Of a stretch of DNA of 64,000 nucleotides, positions 9,735 to 19,169 are shown piece after piece; position 1 is the stretch's first letter, and every line of letters starts with the position of its first letter. This DNA is from Bacillota bacterium (lineage in GTDB: Bacteria > Bacillota > Sulfobacillia > RBS10-35 > JAJYVN01). The stretch lies in the NCBI GenBank assembly GCA_021803205.1, contig JAJZMB010000020.1, positions 87,912-151,911 of the forward strand, given 5' to 3'. The notes beneath the pieces were generated by a model. That model was not told the origin of the DNA, ran no database searches, and saw only the letters and a list, made by a program, of their open reading frames with translations. A program made the translations under genes and the position numbers.

Positions 9735-10697
9735 ATGCGTGTTCGACAGGGGGCGGTTTCCGTGCCGCGACTCGCGGCGTTCCCGAAGTGCTACATGGAT
9801 GCGATCTGCGTGGAACGACGCATGACGCTGTTGGACTGGATCGAATTGGGTGCCACCCTGGGGGTGGCGGGCCTGGAGATGTATCCGGGGTTCTTCGCCT
9901 CCAACGACAGGGAGTATCTCGGGCTCGTGCGTGACCGGTTGCGCACGCACAACCTGGTCATGCCGATGTACTGCTACTCCCCCGACTTCACGCACCCCGA
10001 CCCGGCCGTCCGGGCGGCGGAGGTCGAACGATTGCAGGCGGCCGTCGACCTGGTGGCCTTCTTCGACGCGCCTCCGCCCCGGACGTGCCGGGTGCTCTCC
10101 GGGCAGCGTCGGCCGGGCGTATCCGTGCAGGACGGGGTGTCCTGGGTGAGAGGCTGCATCGAGGCCTGCCTGCCCCACGCGGAGGCGCGCGGCGTCATCC
10201 TCGCCATGGAGAACCATTACAAGGACAACTACTGGCAGTATCCCGAGTTCGCGCAGCACCTGGACGTCTTCCGCCAGATCGCCCTGGAGATCGACTCCCC
10301 ATGGTTCGGGGTCAACTACGATCCCAGTAACGCCATACTGGCCGGTGAAGACCCGCTCGAGGTGCTGGCGGCCGTCCGGCCGCGCGTGGTGAGCATGCAC
10401 GCCAGCGACCGCTACATCCTCCCCGGCCACACACTCCAGGAACTGCGCCAAAGCGAGGACGCGGTGGGCTACGCCGCCATCCTGCGACACGGGGAGATCG
10501 GCAGGGGGATGAACGATTACGACGCCATCTTCGGGGCGCTGGCCGAAGCAGGCTTCGACGGCTGGATCTCCCTGGAGGATGGCATGGACGGCATGGAGGA
10601 GATGCGCCGGTCCGTAGAATTCCTCAAGCAGGGGATCGCGCGCCACTGGGCGGCGCCCCGGACGCCGCAGACACAGGGGCGTCCGGCAAAACAGTGA
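9735..10697 (+). CDS. sugar phosphate isomerase/epimerase (xylose-isomerase-like TIM barrel)
   Basis: LEMYPGFF...ILAMENHYKDNYWQYPEF...GVNYDPSNAILAGEDPLE...GWISLED. GAAGGA sits 7 nt before the ATG. Confidence 0.8.
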   Translation: MRVRQGAVSVPRLAAFPKCYMDAICVERRMTLLDWIELGATLGVAGLEMYPGFFASNDREYLGLVRDRLRTHNLVMPMYCYSPDFTHPDPAVRAAEVERLQAAVDLVAFFDAPPPRTCRVLSGQRRPGVSVQDGVSWVRGCIEACLPHAEARGVILAMENHYKDNYWQYPEFAQHLDVFRQIALEIDSPWFGVNYDPSNAILAGEDPLEVLAAVRPRVVSMHASDRYILPGHTLQELRQSEDAVGYAAILRHGEIGRGMNDYDAIFGALAEAGFDGWISLEDGMDGMEEMRRSVEFLKQGIARHWAAPRTPQTQGRPAKQ

Positions 10698-10848
10698 TCG
10701 GCCGCGCCAGGGGCGTAGCGGCGGTGTGTGGAGCGCGCGGCGGGCGGGCACAGCGTCGCAGGCCCGGCGGCGGCGAAACGCGCGGCTCCGGTACGCCCGG
10801 CGGCGTCTCCGCCGAGATCCGGCCGCCGGGCTGTGCGGCGGCGCGCCG

Positions 10849-10948
10849 GCAAGAGTCGGTTTCCGCACCGGCTGCGAGTCATGTACCCTTGGGGGACAAG
10901 GGGCTTCCCAGCAGTGGCCTCGCGGAAGCGGACGCTTGGGCGGCCACC
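10849..10948 (+). repeat. structured intergenic repeat, copy A
   Basis: GCAAGAGTCGGTTTCCGCACCGGCTGCGAG...CCCTTGGGGGACAAGGGG...CAGCAGTGGCCTCGCGGAAGCGGACGCTTGGGCGGCC, between convergent genes. Confidence 0.65.
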
Positions 10949-11580
10949 TCTGCCGTGCCGCCGAGCCGCACCCGCGCCTCCAGCACGTACGGCAGGAGCT
11001 TCGTCTGCACCCGGACCGTGCCGTCCACACCGCCCACCACGCCGTAGTCTCCGGCGGGCAGGTGCCCGACCCACATCGTGATCGTCTGGGTTTGGTCCGC
11101 CTTCCAGTCGTGCATGCCCGCGACGCTCCTGTCCCGCAGACCGTCAGAGTGCCGCGCCACCACGCGCCGCCCGCCCGGGACCCGCGCGTCCGGGACCCAG
11201 AGGACCAGGTCCATCGCCGTGGTCCGGTGCGAACGCAGGAAGCATTTCGTCTTGGCGATCGCGGTCTGCCGCAGGGCCACCGCGCCCGCGGCGCCGACGC
11301 CCGCCTCGATCCGAAAGTCGATGAGGCCGTGACAGTCACCCGACGCCAGTCCCCGCCAGTCGAGGTCGGCCGCCAACTGGTCGGCGTGGTCGTCGCAGGC
11401 CACCACGGTCAACGTATCCACCACACCCCGCTGGTGGCGCAAGTCGGGAAGCCTGTCCGCCTCGAGCTCGAGGCTCAGCCACCCCTTGTGCACCCGGTGC
11501 ACCACCCGCGCTCCGATCGCCTCAAGCACGGACTCGTCGAACACGCCGGGCTCCACTTCCGTACTGACCCGCAATCGCAA
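10879..11580 (-). CDS. hypothetical protein (beta-rich, unknown family)
   Basis: Protein-like composition (…VEPGVFDESVLEAIGARVVHRVHKGWLSLELEADRL…WVGHLPAGDYGVVGGVDGTVRVQ…). TTG start lies 7 nt after GGGGAGGG. The last ~23 codons run into repeat copy A. Confidence 0.5.
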   Translation of the reverse strand: MRLRVSTEVEPGVFDESVLEAIGARVVHRVHKGWLSLELEADRLPDLRHQRGVVDTLTVVACDDHADQLAADLDWRGLASGDCHGLIDFRIEAGVGAAGAVALRQTAIAKTKCFLRSHRTTAMDLVLWVPDARVPGGRRVVARHSDGLRDRSVAGMHDWKADQTQTITMWVGHLPAGDYGVVGGVDGTVRVQTKLLPYVLEARVRLGGTAEVAAQASASARPLLGSPLSPKGT

Positions 11581-12055
11581 CACACAGCCCTCCCCAACGA
11601 CCGGCACACCCCCCCGCCGCCGACCGCCCGGCGGGAGACGCACCTATCACCACCCATACTTCCATGTCACAGCCGCCTTCGTCCACGGGGGGTTTCTCTC
11701 CCGGCGGCGCCCGGCCGCTCCGCCGCCGGTGACTGCGGCCACCGCGCCGTCTGCCTCCCACACCAGACCTGCCCGCCACGAGCCGAACCCGTGGCCGTGC
11801 GGCCGCCACCGCGCGCCGCGCGGTCCAACCCCAGGTCCGCCGCGGCCGGTGCGGCAATCGGCCGCGGCGCGTCCGCGCCCCTGCCGGCACTGGCTCCCAC
11901 CCGGCCGCCGGCACGCCATACGGACGCGAAACCGCGGGCCACGCGTCCCCGCGCGGCCCCCCGCCCTCCATCCTCTCCCCTCGCGGCCGGTCCTTCCGCC
12001 TCCCGGTCGTTGGGCCGGCACCGCCCGAAGCCCGGAGGGCCCACGCAGCTCGCGT

Positions 12056-14197
12056 TCACGCCCGGCCGATCCTGTACAAGCCCCGCGGCACAAAGCTCAG
12101 GCGATCGAAGGCACCGTGGACGGTCCGGCCGGCACCCTGGGGGAAGTAGCCGTTGGCGGCGCTGACGAAGACACCGACCCACGCCCCCGTCATCAGGACC
12201 GGCATCGGCAGGCCGGCCCGGCTCCAGCGGCGGCCATCCCCCGAAGTCCAGGCGGTCCAGATGCCGCCCCGCCGCCGCAGGCGCAGCCAGACCGGCGCCC
12301 GGAGGGCGTTTCCCCGCGTCCCGGGGTTTTGGGCGTTGAGACGAGATGGCGGGAGGAGACCCCCCGCACCCGCGGCCGGCGCCGCCTGCACGGCGGCGGC
12401 ATAGCCCGCCATCATCCGGCAGAGCGTTTGCACCCCCTGCGCCGCCGTCGCGGAGATCAGCGCCATGGGGGCGTCGTCGCTGAGGTCGCCGCGCACCATC
12501 AGTCCCGCCATGGCCAACGGCGCCAGCGACGGGCAGTCCCCGTCCACCAGGCCCGTGACCCGGCAGACGTAGTCTGCCGTGCTGATGTTCTCCGCAACGC
12601 AGGCGAACGTGCAGCCGTCGCCCAGCGCCCCAACGGCCGCTCCACCACCGACCACCCGATAGACGCCGGCCCGTCGTGACGTGATCAGCACGGGCACGGC
12701 GGTGGGCGGTGTACCCAGGCCGGAGACGGAGGGCGGTTCGATCAGCACCCCCCCGCTCGCTTCGCCGGCGGGAGTGGCGAACTGGCGGACAGCGGCGGCC
12801 AACCGACCCTGCAGCGCGCTGCCGGCCCGCTGCAGGACGTCGATCTTGGCGTTCATGGCCCCGAAGGCTGCGGCCACATCGACCGGGCCGGCGCTCAGCG
12901 CCCTCATGCCCTGCGCCAGCACGGCGTCGGCCCGGGCCGGTTGGTAGCGGAAGAACTGCTCGGCGTAACCGTACCCGCCCTGAGCCGCGTCCCGATACCA
13001 GTTCAGCGCCTTGTTCCGCAGGATGGGCGCGGCGGCTCGAATCGTGGCCTCCCATTCCTCCCACAGGGCGTTCTTGCAGGGCTGCAACAACGCGGTCTTG
13101 ATGCAGAAGCGCTGCCACCCGTCCTCGTAGGTGAGCCACTTCATCAATTCCCAGGCGGGCTCCGCCTGCCGGCCCAGGGCGTTCAGCCCCCAGAAGTCGT
13201 TATTGCCGAATGTGGCCCGGCCGAAGGGGTACACAGGGACCGGCGCGTAATCCCAGGGAAACTTGTTCCCGAAGGCCACGACGTCGTCCTGGATCGACCA
13301 GCCACCGCGCAGGGCGAACACCGTATTGCCCTGCTGCAGTGTTGCGGCGTCAAATGTCCCGACCACACCGTACCAGAGCAGGGGTAGGAGCCATTGTCCC
13401 CCGGCCAGCGACCGCGTGTCGGTCAGGGTGGCACGGGTCGCGGCGGCGTCCATCTCGGCGCCACCGAAGGCGGAGAAGAGCCAGTTCGACGCCTTCCAAC
13501 CGTTCCACCACCAAACCGTGGCCCCGTAGCGGGCCCGGCCCGTTCCGGCCACCTGGGCGGGCAGTGCGCAGCGGCGCCAGAGATTCTCGGCATCCACATA
13601 CGTCCAGTTGGCATCCGGCGGCGCGAGGTGGAGCGCATCCAGGATGTCCCGACGATAGGCGTAGACGCACGGCCCGTCGTAGGTGGGCAGACCGAACTGA
13701 CCGGCCGGAGTGCGCAACGCCGCCATATGCGCGGCGGACCACGTGGACGGGGAGATGCCGCCCGCTGCCAGGAGCGGCCGGAGATCAGCGAAGGCGCCCG
13801 CGGCCACATAGGCGGCGAAGCTGCCGCCGTAATCGCAGACCACGTCGGGGCCAGTGCCGGAGAGCATGGCGGCCAGCACGGAATCGGATGTGACGTGGGT
13901 CCCGTTGGGGCCGGGCAGAGGCTGCAGGCGTACGCCGGCGTGGGCGGCCTCAAACAAGGCGCAGGCCTGTTTCAACAGTGAAAGCCCGCCCCCCGACCAC
14001 TGGGTCCACCAAGGCATGAAGCGGAGGGTGACAACCGGGTCCTGGACCGCCGGTCGCGGGCCCGGCACCGCACCTGGCCGCGCGCAAGCCGCCAGCAGGC
14101 CGCCCGCGGTGGCCACCGCGACCGCCCGCCGCACCCCGGACGCCAGATAGCGGCGCCGGGTCGTGCGCCACGCGTCAGCGTCCCCCACCATCCACAC
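12056..14197 (-). CDS. extracellular solute-binding lipoprotein (family 1 sugar SBP) fused to a C-terminal ConA-like/DUF1349-like jelly-roll domain
   Basis: Twin-arginine-like signal plus lipobox (TTRRRYLASG...GGLLAAC). The SBP core is paralogous to 33731-35230. The C-terminal ~240 aa carry the pattern ...AGLMVRGDLSDDAP...VWLRLRRRGGIWTAWTSGDGRRWS...AWVGVFVSA. Confidence 0.8.
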   Translation of the reverse strand: MWMVGDADAWRTTRRRYLASGVRRAVAVATAGGLLAACARPGAVPGPRPAVQDPVVTLRFMPWWTQWSGGGLSLLKQACALFEAAHAGVRLQPLPGPNGTHVTSDSVLAAMLSGTGPDVVCDYGGSFAAYVAAGAFADLRPLLAAGGISPSTWSAAHMAALRTPAGQFGLPTYDGPCVYAYRRDILDALHLAPPDANWTYVDAENLWRRCALPAQVAGTGRARYGATVWWWNGWKASNWLFSAFGGAEMDAAATRATLTDTRSLAGGQWLLPLLWYGVVGTFDAATLQQGNTVFALRGGWSIQDDVVAFGNKFPWDYAPVPVYPFGRATFGNNDFWGLNALGRQAEPAWELMKWLTYEDGWQRFCIKTALLQPCKNALWEEWEATIRAAAPILRNKALNWYRDAAQGGYGYAEQFFRYQPARADAVLAQGMRALSAGPVDVAAAFGAMNAKIDVLQRAGSALQGRLAAAVRQFATPAGEASGGVLIEPPSVSGLGTPPTAVPVLITSRRAGVYRVVGGGAAVGALGDGCTFACVAENISTADYVCRVTGLVDGDCPSLAPLAMAGLMVRGDLSDDAPMALISATAAQGVQTLCRMMAGYAAAVQAAPAAGAGGLLPPSRLNAQNPGTRGNALRAPVWLRLRRRGGIWTAWTSGDGRRWSRAGLPMPVLMTGAWVGVFVSAANGYFPQGAGRTVHGAFDRLSFVPRGLYRIGRA

Positions 14198-14549
14198 CCC
14201 CGGCCGGGGCTGGCCCGCCCCCGTCGGACACCGGCCCGTCCCGTAACATCCAGCCCGTCGGTGCGCCGGCGCCGCACCGGAGGTCGGTCCGGGCGGCGGC
14301 CGGCGCCGCCCGGACCGAACCCTTCCGGTGAGCGGGGCCGCCGACAGACCGGGGGCCCCCGCGCAGATCCAGACCTGGAGCAGGCGTGCCGCGATGTGCC
14401 GCAGGCGCGAAAAGATGCGCGGTCACCCACCGCGTCTCCTTCTCGCTCGAGGCGATTCGCGTCCGGGGGCGGCGCAGAACTCCGCGTGACGCCGTCCCCA
14501 GGGCAAGTCCGGGATGTCGTCGAAGCCTGGCGGTGGAGGTGCATGGACA

Positions 14550-15671
14550 GTGCGGGTGATGGTCGGCCAATTCGGTGGTCCGACCGCGGTCCTCAACGCC
14601 TCGCTGTTCGGCGCCTGGGAGACGCTGCAGGCAGCCGGGGCCGAGACCCTGGGTGTCCGGGGCGGCGCCCGCGGGCTGAGGGCCGGCGATTGGCTGCCGC
14701 TGCGCGGCGCACCGCCCGACTGGCTCCTCACCGCGCCGGGGGCCGCACTCGGCGCCGGGAGACAGGCACTGTCCCCGCTGGAGATCGGTCAGGTGGCGCG
14801 CCGCCTGCGGGAGGCAGGCGCGGAGGCGTGCCTGCTCATGGGCGGCAACGGCACCATGGGGCTGGCCAGTGCCCTGGCGGGCGCCGGCCTACCGGCGGTC
14901 GGCATCCCCAAGACCATCGACAACGACCTGGCAGGCACCGACCACGCCCCCGGCTACCCCAGCGCCGCGGCCTTCGTCGCGGCCGCGACGGCCGATCTGG
15001 CGGATGATCTGCGCGCCATGGCTGGATTCGAAGACGTGCGCCTGATCGAGGTCATGGGCCGTCGGGCCGGCTGGCTGGCCGGCGCAGCCGTGTTGGCCCG
15101 GCGTCACCCGGAGGACATGCCGCAGCGCATCCTCCTGCCCGAGATGCCGCTGGATGCGGACGCCCTCGCCTCTGACGTGGCGGCCCTGCATCGGCGCGAC
15201 GGAAGCGTGCTGCTCATCGTCTCCGAAGGGGTGTGCGCAACGGACGGGACTCCGTTCGGACTGCAGGCCCTCGATGCCGCGGGGCAGACCCGGGTGCTGG
15301 GAGCCGCGGCGCGGAGGCTCGCCGCCGAACTCCGCCGGCGGCTCGGACTGACGGTTCGGGCCGAGAGCCTCGGCTTTCTGCCGCGGTGCCTCGGCAGCGC
15401 CGCGGTCGCCCGCGATCGGACGGAGGCCCGCGCCCTCGGCGCACGCGCCGCGGAGGCCCTGCTGGCGGGCCGGCAGGGCGTCATGGCCGCGATCGCGCCG
15501 CGCCAGGACGGCATGGAGCAAACGCGTTACCTGGAGGTGCCCCTGAGTGAGGTGGCCGGCAGGGAGCGGCCCCTCCCACCGGGAATGCGCGATCTCGGAC
15601 CGGCCTTCCGGGCCTGGCTGCAACCGCTGACCGGCGGGCCGGAGAAGCGTCGTCTTCGCTCCCTGCCCTGA
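14550..15671 (+). CDS. 6-phosphofructokinase-family sugar-phosphate kinase (ATP- or PPi-dependent)
   Basis: VGQFGGPTAVLNASL, MGGNGTM and IPKTIDNDL motifs. GTG at 14550 is 9 nt after GGTGGAGGT; ATG at 14514 is an alternative start. Confidence 0.8.
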   Translation: MRVMVGQFGGPTAVLNASLFGAWETLQAAGAETLGVRGGARGLRAGDWLPLRGAPPDWLLTAPGAALGAGRQALSPLEIGQVARRLREAGAEACLLMGGNGTMGLASALAGAGLPAVGIPKTIDNDLAGTDHAPGYPSAAAFVAAATADLADDLRAMAGFEDVRLIEVMGRRAGWLAGAAVLARRHPEDMPQRILLPEMPLDADALASDVAALHRRDGSVLLIVSEGVCATDGTPFGLQALDAAGQTRVLGAAARRLAAELRRRLGLTVRAESLGFLPRCLGSAAVARDRTEARALGARAAEALLAGRQGVMAAIAPRQDGMEQTRYLEVPLSEVAGRERPLPPGMRDLGPAFRAWLQPLTGGPEKRRLRSLP

Positions 15672-15703
15672 GTGTCTGTGCCGTTCCGGGAAGGGATGGA
15701 GTC

Positions 15704-16558
15704 ATGCCACTGGTATCAGGGGACGAACTCCTGCCAAGGGCCCGCCGCGACGGGTACGCAGTGGGGGCGTTCAGCATCCACACGCCGGAGATGGTGGACG
15801 CCGTCTTCCTCGCGGCCGAGGCGCTGCGGGCCCCCGTGATCCTGCAGGTGGGCCGGCGCGCAGTGCGCCACTCGGGCCTTGGAGCCTGTTGCCTCTGGGT
15901 GCGGGCGCGTGCCGCGGCCAGCCCGGTTCCGGCCTGCCTGCACCTGGACCATGCCCAGAGCTTCGAGGCGATCGCCCAGGGGATCCAGGCGGGGTGCACC
16001 TCCGTCATGTACGACGGCTCGGAGCTACCTTTCGCTGACAACATCCGGGAAACCGCGGCGATCGCGCGCCTCTGCCGCGCCGTCGGCGTCCCGCTGGAGG
16101 CGGAAGTCGGCCGCGTGGCGGGGGTCGAGGACGACCTCTCGGTGCAGGAGGCCGAGGCCCGCCTCGCCGGACCGGCCGACTGCGTGCGCTTCGTGGCTGA
16201 GACGGGGTGCGACGCGCTCGCGCCCGCCATCGGCAACATCCACGGGCTCTCGGCGGCGGTGCCCGTGCTCCGGTTCGACCTGCTCCGCGCGGTGGCCGCC
16301 GCCGTATCGCTGCCGTTGGTGCTGCACGGGGGCTCAGGGCTCGACACGGGTCAATTGCGGGCGGCGACCGCCGCCGGCATCGCCAAGATCAACATCGACA
16401 CCGAGTTGCGGCGGAGGTTCGTGGAGGGTCTGGGGGAGGGACTCGCCGACTGCGGTGCGCAGGACGACCCCGCCCCGGTCCTCGCTGCCGCCGCGCTGGC
16501 CGTGCGGCGGCAGGTCGAGGCGCGCATCCGCGACTTCGGCAGCGCGGGGAAGGCGTAG
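15704..16558 (+). CDS. class II fructose/tagatose-bisphosphate aldolase family protein
   Basis: YAVGAFSIHTPEMVDAVFLAAEALRAPVILQVG...LHLDHAQSFE...EAEVGRVAG...AIGNIHG...LVLHGGSG. Confidence 0.85.
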   Translation: MPLVSGDELLPRARRDGYAVGAFSIHTPEMVDAVFLAAEALRAPVILQVGRRAVRHSGLGACCLWVRARAAASPVPACLHLDHAQSFEAIAQGIQAGCTSVMYDGSELPFADNIRETAAIARLCRAVGVPLEAEVGRVAGVEDDLSVQEAEARLAGPADCVRFVAETGCDALAPAIGNIHGLSAAVPVLRFDLLRAVAAAVSLPLVLHGGSGLDTGQLRAATAAGIAKINIDTELRRRFVEGLGEGLADCGAQDDPAPVLAAAALAVRRQVEARIRDFGSAGKA

Positions 16559-16692
16559 AAGGTGCGGCGCAGGTCGTCTGTCCGCGTCTCCGTCACCTCG
16601 GGCAGGCCGCTGCCCCCCCGCCAAGGGGCCGGGACGGTTTCAGTTCGGCACCCCACCACCGGGGTCGCTGCCCAGTGGTGACCGTACGGGAC

Positions 16693-17676
16693 ATGTCGGG
16701 GGGCGGGGCCATCGTGAATGTGGACAGACCCCGGGTCGTCGTCGCGGAGTTCATGGACGCGGGAGGGCTGGCGACGCTCAGCGCGGGCGCCGAGGTAGCC
16801 TACCTCCCGGCCTTGGGCGAAGACCGGGCCGGCCTGCTGGAGGCCGTTCGCGGCGCCCACGCCCTTGTGGTGCGCAACCGCTGCCGCGTGGACGCCGAAG
16901 TGCTGCAGGCCGCGGGCTGCGGCCTACGGGTGGTCGGACGGCTGGGGGCGGGCCTGGACAATATCGACCTGCCCGCCTGCCGCTCCGCCGGGACGCGGGT
17001 CGTCTTCGCGCGGGGCGCCAACGCCGACGCCGTCTGCGAGTATGTGTTCGCCGGCCTGCTGCACCTGTTGCGGGGCCTCGCGGCGGCGGACGCCGCGGTG
17101 CGCGCCGGCATCTGGTCGCGCGATGCATACTCCGGGGCGGAACTCAGCGGCCGGACCCTCGGGCTGCTCGGCCTGGGGGAGGTCGGACGCCGCATGGTGC
17201 GCCGCGCCGAGGCCTTCGGCCTGGCCTCGGTCGGGTACGACCCGATCGTCACCGCAGGCTCCCCGCACCTCCTCGGCGTGCCCGTCACGGTGCTGCCGCT
17301 GTCCGATGTGGTTGAACGGGCGGACATCCTCTCCCTGCACCTGCCGCTGCTGCCCGAAACGCACCACCTCATCGACGCCGCCGCACTGCAGCGGATGCGC
17401 CCTGGCTCCATCTTGGTGAACGCCGCACGGGGCGGGATCGTCGACGAGGGGGCACTGGCCGCGGCCGTGCGCACCGGGCACCTCGCCGGGGCCGTGCTCG
17501 ATGTGCGCGAGCAGGAACCGCCGCCGCAGCCGGATCCGCTCCGGGACCTCGACAACGTCCTGCTGACCCCGCACGTCGCCGGCCTCACCGCAGAGGCGCA
17601 GGATCGGGTGGGCGCCATGGTGGCGGAGGATGTACTCTCGGTGCTGGCCGGGCGGCAACCGCGGGCGGGCGCCTGA
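16693..17676 (+). CDS. D-isomer-specific 2-hydroxyacid dehydrogenase (SerA/PdxB-like)
   Basis: GLLGLGEVGRRM NAD fold, ...LVNAARGGIVDE..., ...DVREQEP...LLTPHVAG. The start is uncertain; GTG at 16714 is an alternative. Confidence 0.85.
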   Translation: MSGGGAIVNVDRPRVVVAEFMDAGGLATLSAGAEVAYLPALGEDRAGLLEAVRGAHALVVRNRCRVDAEVLQAAGCGLRVVGRLGAGLDNIDLPACRSAGTRVVFARGANADAVCEYVFAGLLHLLRGLAAADAAVRAGIWSRDAYSGAELSGRTLGLLGLGEVGRRMVRRAEAFGLASVGYDPIVTAGSPHLLGVPVTVLPLSDVVERADILSLHLPLLPETHHLIDAAALQRMRPGSILVNAARGGIVDEGALAAAVRTGHLAGAVLDVREQEPPPQPDPLRDLDNVLLTPHVAGLTAEAQDRVGAMVAEDVLSVLAGRQPRAGA

Positions 17677-17733
17677 TGCCTGCCGCCCGTGGCGCGGTAC
17701 CGGCGGCCCAGGTCATGACCAGGTCATGAAGGG

Positions 17734-18978
17734 ATGGTGCAGCCCGTGCCCGCGGTCCCCCGCCCCCACCGCTCCTACCTCAGCTTCCTCGAATGCCCCC
17801 GCTGCGGCGAACGGATCAGCGCGGACCGGCCCGCCAACGTCTGCGGCTGCGGTTCGCCGCTCCTTTGCCGCTACGACCTGGAGGCCGCACGCGCCGACCT
17901 ATCACGCGACGACCTGGCCGGCCGGCCCGGAAACCTCTGGCGGTACGCCGAGTTGCTGCCGGTACGGGACGCGGGCGCCATCGTCACCCTGGGCGAGGGA
18001 TGGACGCCGCTGCTGCACCTGCCGCGCCTCGGGCGCCGCTTCGACCTGGACGACCTGTGGCTCAAGGATGAGGGTTGCAACCCCACCGGCACGTTCAAGG
18101 CGCGCGGCGCGGCGGTCGGCGTCTCGCGGGCGCTCGAGTTGGGCGTGACGGCCCTGCGCATGCCCACCGCGGGCAACGCCGGGGGCGCCTGGGCGGCATA
18201 CGCGGCCCGCGCCGGATTGCCGCTCCTGGTGGTCATGCCGCAGGACGCCCCGGCCATCAACCGCCGGGAGGCCGTCGTGACCGGGGCCGACACCTACCTG
18301 GTCGATGGCCTGATCTCCGACGCCGGGGCGATCGTCGCCCGGTACGGGGCACGCAGCACCGCCTTCGACGCCGCCACCCTCCGCGAGCCTTACCGCATCG
18401 AGGGCAAGAAGACGATGGCCCTGGAGATCGCCGAGCAGTTCGGATGGGAGATGCCGGACGCGATCATTTACCCCGCCGGCGGCGGCGTGGGCATCATCGG
18501 CATCTGGAAGGCCCTGCAGGAGTTGGAGGCGCTCGGCTGGATCCGCGGGCGCCGGCCCCGCCTGGTGGTGGTGCAGGCAGAGGGCTGCCGCCCTCTGGTC
18601 GAGGCCTTTGCGCAGGGGGCCGAGGCCTCGGAGTTCTGGCAGGGCGCCGCGACGCTGGCCGCCGGCCTGCGGGTGCCCAAGGCCCTCGGGGACTTCCTCG
18701 TCCTTCGGGCCGTGCGGGAGACCGGCGGGACCGCGGTGGCCGTCTCCGACGCCGAAATCATGGACGCGATGGGCCTTTTGGCGCGGCAAGAGGGGGCGTG
18801 GGTCTGTCCCGAGGGAGCCGCGGCCGTAGCGGCGGCGCAGCGGCTCCGCGCCTCTGGGTTCTTCGGCGCGCACGACCGCGTGGTCATCCTGAACACGGGC
18901 ACCGGGATCAAGTATCCGGACCTGGTCACCGCCACCCCGCCGGTGCTGCCGCGGGACGGGGAGATTCCGGGAGCCTGA
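17734..18978 (+). CDS. thrC: threonine synthase-like PLP enzyme with N-terminal Cys4 zinc ribbon
   Basis: CPRCGERISADRPANVCGCGSPL, then PTGTFKARGAAVGVSRA (PLP lysine) and ...GNAGGAWAAYAARAG. The start may instead be GTG at 17746. Confidence 0.8.
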   Translation: MVQPVPAVPRPHRSYLSFLECPRCGERISADRPANVCGCGSPLLCRYDLEAARADLSRDDLAGRPGNLWRYAELLPVRDAGAIVTLGEGWTPLLHLPRLGRRFDLDDLWLKDEGCNPTGTFKARGAAVGVSRALELGVTALRMPTAGNAGGAWAAYAARAGLPLLVVMPQDAPAINRREAVVTGADTYLVDGLISDAGAIVARYGARSTAFDAATLREPYRIEGKKTMALEIAEQFGWEMPDAIIYPAGGGVGIIGIWKALQELEALGWIRGRRPRLVVVQAEGCRPLVEAFAQGAEASEFWQGAATLAAGLRVPKALGDFLVLRAVRETGGTAVAVSDAEIMDAMGLLARQEGAWVCPEGAAAVAAAQRLRASGFFGAHDRVVILNTGTGIKYPDLVTATPPVLPRDGEIPGA

Positions 18979-19169
18979 GGGGCCGCCAAGGGCTTCTCCC
19001 ACTGGGTGAGCGGCGGCCCCGGTCCTCCGGTGTCTCCGGCCCGCTCTGCCGGCGTGAACGGAGAGCGGGCGGCCTTCTTTGGCCCCGCACCGTCACTTGC
19101 GCAACGGTGGGGCCCGGGGTCCGGGAACACGTGGCCGCTGCCAGAGAGGCCCCCCGCGGCGGCCACCCC

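Noticed and set aside
10726-12165. 479-aa plus-strand ORF spanning repeat copy A and the region antisense to the 10879-11580 gene
   Set aside because: It has extreme Arg/Pro/Ala content and no homology signal, and it overlaps a better minus-strand gene and a non-coding repeat.
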